From contig JBMNHS010000001.1 of NCBI GenBank assembly GCA_050950505.1, positions 384,001 to 448,000 on the forward strand: 64,000 nt of DNA, in the 5' to 3' direction. The DNA comes from Candidatus Methanomethylophilaceae archaeon. GTDB lineage: Archaea > Thermoplasmatota > Thermoplasmata > Methanomassiliicoccales > Methanomethylophilaceae. A program made the translations under genes and the position numbers. Below, piece by piece: positions 59,885 to 64,000 of the stretch. The number at the start of each line of letters is the position of its first letter. Position 1 is the first letter of the stretch. The notes under the pieces are model-generated. The model did not search any database and was not told where the DNA came from. It worked only from the letters and a program-made list of their open reading frames with translations.

Positions 59885-60928
59885 ATGCCCGGCGAACTTA
59901 AGGGAGACACCGTCACGGTGACGGATCAGAAAGAAGCAAGCCAGCTGTACAGCCGGGGCAATTACGGTTATCCCATGAAAGGGGGAGGTTCGGAACTGGA
60001 TCTTTCCGAGGCTCTTTATCTGGTCGAAAGCGACCGTCTTCAGGTCGTCCGGAACGGTAAAAATATTTCCTTTGACGAACTTTTCAGGGAAGCATCGAAA
60101 ATCACTGACGCCTTTGACGTGAAGTATCAGGTTTACAGGGACATGAGATCCCGGGGGTTCGTCGTGAAAACCCGAACCGATGCTTTCGACATGGCGGTTT
60201 ATCCCAGAGGCAAAACCGTCAGCAACTCCCGTCCACAGTTTATGGTTCACGCCGTGTCGGAGAGAATGGAATTGGATATCGGAGGTTTCTCTTCCGAGAT
60301 TCTGAAAATAAAAGATCAGGGTTACGAAATCCTTTACGGAGTGGGGGACGAGGAAGGGGACGTGACGTATTACAGAATGTCCGTCAGACATCCTGAAGGT
60401 TCCGTGTTTTTCGACAAACCCGAAAAAGCCGCCGAGGGCGTGCTGATCGGCGACAGAGTTTTCGTGTCCGAGGAAGAAGACAAAAAGATTCTGAAAAACG
60501 CCGGATATTTCGGCAAAGACGCAGGGGAAATGTACCAACTGTCCCTGATAGAGAGCAGATATCTTCTCGAAAAAGGGCTGTTGGATGTTTTTGACAAACA
60601 CGGAAACAGACTTTCCGCGGAAAGCATGTGGCCTTCCGGCGAAGACGAGGATTTATCCCTTAGGACTTCGGCGTACTTCGATTTGAGATCCAGAGGTCTC
60701 GTGGTGAGAACCGGATTCAAATACGGGACCCATTTCAGAGTTTACGAAGGATCTCCCGACGATTCCCACGCCAAATATCTGGTACATGCGGTATCCGCTT
60801 CCGACGTTGCTACCTGGCCGGAGATTTCACGGACGGTGAGGCTGTCCGGGGGAGTCAAGAAAAGCATTCTGTTCTGCAGAATAGGCGACAGAACGGAATA
60901 TTATGAGTTTAAGTGGTTTAGACCCTGA
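59885..60928 (+). CDS. endA: tRNA-splicing endonuclease (two-unit alpha2 type)
   Basis: Duplicated LSEALYL/LSLIESRYL units, RTGFKYGTHFRVY..HAKY, VKK catalytic Y/H/K. Confidence 0.93.
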   Translation: MPGELKGDTVTVTDQKEASQLYSRGNYGYPMKGGGSELDLSEALYLVESDRLQVVRNGKNISFDELFREASKITDAFDVKYQVYRDMRSRGFVVKTRTDAFDMAVYPRGKTVSNSRPQFMVHAVSERMELDIGGFSSEILKIKDQGYEILYGVGDEEGDVTYYRMSVRHPEGSVFFDKPEKAAEGVLIGDRVFVSEEEDKKILKNAGYFGKDAGEMYQLSLIESRYLLEKGLLDVFDKHGNRLSAESMWPSGEDEDLSLRTSAYFDLRSRGLVVRTGFKYGTHFRVYEGSPDDSHAKYLVHAVSASDVATWPEISRTVRLSGGVKKSILFCRIGDRTEYYEFKWFRP

Positions 60929-60941
60929 ACCTTCGGTTCAG
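60925..60941. terminator. Hairpin spanning the convergent endA and tfb stop codons
   Basis: CTGAACC-TTC-GGTTCAG. Both TGA stops lie in the stem. Confidence 0.45.
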
Positions 60942-61870
60942 AGCTGGATGTCGATTCCGAGTTTGTCGGTGAGTTCCTTGTACCTGTTTCTGATGGTAAC
61001 TTCGGTGACTCCCGCGACTTCGGCCACTTCACGCTGGGTCCTGCGTTCGTTGCACAGAATCGATGAAATGTATATCGCCGCGGCGGCAACGCCGGTGGGT
61101 CCTCTTCCGGACGTGAGTTCCTTCTCGGAAGCGTCCTTTAGAATTTCCGCGGCTTTGGTCTGAACTTCACCGCTGAGCTTAAGTTCGGAGCAGAATCTCT
61201 GCACGTAATCCTGAGGTTTGGTGGGCATAAGTTTCAGTTTGAGCTCACGGGTCATGAACCTGTATGTTCTTCCGATTTCTTTACGTCCAACGTGACTTGC
61301 GCTCGCGACTTCGTCCAAAGTTCTGGGAACCCCACATTTTCTGCAGGCGGCGTACAGCGAAGCCGCCACAACGCCTTCGATGGAACGTCCTCTGATCAGG
61401 TTCTTGTTCACGGCCTTTCTGTAAATCATGGCCGCGGTTTCCCTTACGTTTCTGGGAAGTCCCATGGCGGAAGCCATTCTGTCCAATTCGGACAACGCGA
61501 AGGCAAGGTTGCGTTCGGTGGCGTTGGACACACGGATTCTTCTTTGCCATTTCCTCAGTCTGTAAAGTTGGGCGCGGTTTCTGGTGGGGATGCTTTTACC
61601 GTAGCTGTCTTTGTTTTTCCAGGAAATTTCGGTCGAGAGACCTTTGTCGTGTATGGTGTAGGTCATCGGAGCACCGGTGCGTGCTCTCTTTTCTCCCTGT
61701 TCGACATCGAAGGCTCTCCATTCGGGGCCCTGGTCGATGAATTGGTCATCCAATATCAGGCCGCAGTCCTCACACATGAGTTCTCCGCGTTCATAGTCGC
61801 GGACGAGGTGACGGCTGCCGCATTCAGTGCACACTTCAATTTCTTCGGTGCCTTCTCTTGTTTTTGACAT
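60938..61870 (-). CDS. tfb: Transcription initiation factor IIB
   Basis: Zn ribbon [26 protein letters not shown], two cyclin repeats, [12 protein letters not shown]. Confidence 0.98.
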   Translation of the reverse strand: MSKTREGTEEIEVCTECGSRHLVRDYERGELMCEDCGLILDDQFIDQGPEWRAFDVEQGEKRARTGAPMTYTIHDKGLSTEISWKNKDSYGKSIPTRNRAQLYRLRKWQRRIRVSNATERNLAFALSELDRMASAMGLPRNVRETAAMIYRKAVNKNLIRGRSIEGVVAASLYAACRKCGVPRTLDEVASASHVGRKEIGRTYRFMTRELKLKLMPTKPQDYVQRFCSELKLSGEVQTKAAEILKDASEKELTSGRGPTGVAAAAIYISSILCNERRTQREVAEVAGVTEVTIRNRYKELTDKLGIDIQL

Positions 61871-62099
61871 CTTTGTTCGCCTCTTGGATGTATAGTTTTT
61901 CTCCGATTGCGATGGCGCGTGAACCGTCAGTTTTCACGGAAACATAGGGTTCGTCCACCGGACCGAATATACGGACTATTGTGCCGATCTTGCGTTTACC
62001 TGCGTCAAGTACATGATCCCCCATCCTCGGAGACTCGGAAGCAATGATTACTGCTTTACCATCAGAAGTCAATTCTGACACGGTTCCCAAAAAATTCAT
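61836..62099 (-). CDS. gar1: H/ACA RNP component Gar1
   Basis: [23 protein letters not shown]. Conserved gar1-tfb synteny. Confidence 0.88.
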   Translation of the reverse strand: MNFLGTVSELTSDGKAVIIASESPRMGDHVLDAGKRKIGTIVRIFGPVDEPYVSVKTDGSRAIAIGEKLYIQEANKDVKNKRRHRRN

Positions 62100-62400
62100 G
62101 TATCATCGTCTCGGTAAGGTAGTCAGCCACTAATAGGATACAATTAAACATAACTTATATTTAAAAGATTGGGTTTATTTATTATCTATGTGCTGTGTAT
62201 CCGCTTATTTTTGAAACTTACATCATTAAATAAATATCGTCTGTTTTCAAGTGGCGGGATGCAGTGTTTGGGTCATTGACATGTATTCGAAACATGTGTA
62301 AATTATATACGAATACGTGAAAACTTTAATAAGGACAATGTCTATCGGAGCCTAATTGGATGCGCTACACTGGCGAATCCCAAAAAAATGGAGGTAAAAC

Positions 62401-62709
62401 ATGAATTGGGACATAATGTCATTCCTGACCATCGTTGTATTCGTATTTGCATTGGTATTGATGATCGCGGGAATATTCTCTGCCTACTTCGGCAGCGGTA
62501 AGAGCAGAACCTATGGTTTGATTATGCTGGTGACCGGTCTCGTTGTTTTCGCAATATGGGCATATCTCGTAGGGTGGAGCAACATTGAGATTTTCACGGA
62601 TGTTCACGTTGTTGACGTAATCGTTGATGCGGTCATCAATTTCCTGGCAATACTGATCGGTGCCTTGGTTGCAATAGGCATATTCCTTGTTGCAGTTCTC
62701 AAGAGCTGA
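62401..62709 (+). CDS. Small three-TM membrane protein
   Basis: Strong GGAGGT SD, AGIFSAYFGSGKSR..G motif, own promoter and terminator. Confidence 0.85.
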   Translation: MNWDIMSFLTIVVFVFALVLMIAGIFSAYFGSGKSRTYGLIMLVTGLVVFAIWAYLVGWSNIEIFTDVHVVDVIVDAVINFLAILIGALVAIGIFLVAVLKS

Positions 62710-62742
62710 ACGTCAGGAACGGACAGTTGTTCCAAATCCCTT

Positions 62743-62763
62743 ACCCACCTTCGGTGGGTTTTT
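62743..62763 (+). terminator. Hairpin plus oligo-T terminator
   Basis: ACCCACC-TTC-GGTGGGT followed by TTTT. Confidence 0.6.
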
Positions 62764-62790
62764 ATCCTTTTATCAAATATTGCGGTCTAT

Positions 62791-63264
62791 ATGCCCAGAG
62801 TATCCATAATCCTCGGCAGCAAAAGCGACCTGCCGGTGGCGGAGAAAGCCACCGCGGTTCTGAAAGATCTTTCGATATCTTACGGAATCACCGTTGCATC
62901 CGCCCACAGGACTCCCGAACGAGTCAAAGATCTTGTTGAAAATTCAGATGCGGACGTGTTCATCGCCATCGCGGGACTGTCCGCGGCATTGCCCGGAGTC
63001 GTTGCTTCTTTCACGGTCAAGCCGGTGATCGGAGTTCCCGTCAGCGGCAAGCTGAATATCGATTCACTCTTATCCGTGGTGCAGATGCCCGGGGGCATAC
63101 CCGTGGCCGCCGTGGGATTGGACCGGGGCGACAACGCCGCCATTCTGGCCGCGGAGATCCTGGCTGTGACCGACGACTCGTTGAAAACCGCTTTGATCGA
63201 ACACAGGGAAAAACAGGCGAAAAACGTTCTGAAGGACTCCGAGGAGGTTTTGTTCAATGTTTGA
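62791..63264 (+). CDS. purE: N5-CAIR mutase PurE
   Basis: [39 protein letters not shown]. Confidence 0.96.
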   Translation: MPRVSIILGSKSDLPVAEKATAVLKDLSISYGITVASAHRTPERVKDLVENSDADVFIAIAGLSAALPGVVASFTVKPVIGVPVSGKLNIDSLLSVVQMPGGIPVAAVGLDRGDNAAILAAEILAVTDDSLKTALIEHREKQAKNVLKDSEEVLFNV

Positions 63265-64000
63265 TCCCGTCAAATTCATTGACGAATCCATCGAATCAAT
63301 CAAAAAACAGACCAATGGAAAAGCGATTATCGCATGTTCCGGCGGAGTGGACAGCTCCGTCGCCGCCGTGTTGGCCGGAAAGGCATTGGGTGACAATCTT
63401 CTCGCGGTGTTCGTAGACACGGGACTGATGAGGAAGAACGAACCGGAAGAAGTGGAGGCGATGTTCAGAGACTCGGGCATAGAACTCAGAACCGTCGATG
63501 CTTCCGAAGAATATTTTCAAGCTCTGAAAGGCGTTACAGATCCCGAAAAGAAAAGAAAAACAATCGGCGAGAAATTCATCCGTATTTTTGAAAGGGAAGC
63601 CAAGGACTTCGGAGCGAAATATCTGGTGCAGGGAACCATCGCCCCCGATTGGATAGAATCCGGAGCCGACGGAAACGTCAAGATAAAATCACATCACAAT
63701 GTCGGCGGACTCCCCGAAGACATGGACATGGTTCTCGTTGAACCTCTCAGGAATCTGTACAAAGACGAAGTCAGACAGGTCGCAAGGGAATTGGGAATCC
63801 AATCTTCGGAAAGACAACCCTTCCCCGGGCCGGGATTGGCGGTACGCTGTCTGGCGGACATAACCCCGGAAAACATACGCATCGTGCGGGAAGCCTGCCA
63901 TATTGTGGAAGACGAAGTGATGAAAGCCTCCGAGGGAGAAAACATGGTTCTTCCGTGGCAGTATTTTGCCGTATTGTTGCCTTCCCGTTCCGTGGGGGTA
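63257..64000 (+). CDS. guaAB: GMP synthase subunit B (ATP-pyrophosphatase domain; runs off the window end)
   Basis: Manual translation: [68 protein letters not shown]. Confidence 0.95.
   Translation, partial: MFDPVKFIDESIESIKKQTNGKAIIACSGGVDSSVAAVLAGKALGDNLLAVFVDTGLMRKNEPEEVEAMFRDSGIELRTVDASEEYFQALKGVTDPEKKRKTIGEKFIRIFEREAKDFGAKYLVQGTIAPDWIESGADGNVKIKSHHNVGGLPEDMDMVLVEPLRNLYKDEVRQVARELGIQSSERQPFPGPGLAVRCLADITPENIRIVREACHIVEDEVMKASEGENMVLPWQYFAVLLPSRSVGV

Overview
Core-genome window from an archaeon of class Thermoplasmata, most likely order Methanomassiliicoccales. This assignment is an inference from bacterial-type gyrase together with PolD, TFB, MCM and Orc1/Cdc6, an A-type ATP synthase operon in HIKECFABD order, an InlB-B-repeat adhesin, and the absence of TAG stop codons. 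The window contains the probable replication origin (cdc6 bracketed by inverted ORB boxes) and about 60 mostly housekeeping genes: gyrAB, thiC, a nfo/ogg/long-Lhr repair cluster, fumarase, nmd3, mcm, hps-rraA, priS, ftsY, tiaS, polD small subunit, cdc48-hsp20, trpB2, endA, tfb, purE and guaAB. It also holds tRNA-Thr(CGT) and a frameshifted surface-protein gene built from near-identical 414-bp repeats. I found no mobile element or CRISPR array. The most interesting signals lie outside the ORF track: (1) a box C/D guide sRNA at 19562-19620 whose D-guide points by the N+5 rule to 16S C1402; (2) an alternating purine-pyrimidine (Z-DNA-prone) tract that includes and extends upstream of the gyrBA TATA box, a candidate supercoiling sensor; (3) a three-way-junction RNA after hsp20 that displays an anti-Shine-Dalgarno loop; (4) a 49-aa membrane protein translationally coupled to atpD; and (5) a probable CTG start codon for fumarase beta. 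All calls come from manual reading; no database searches were run.
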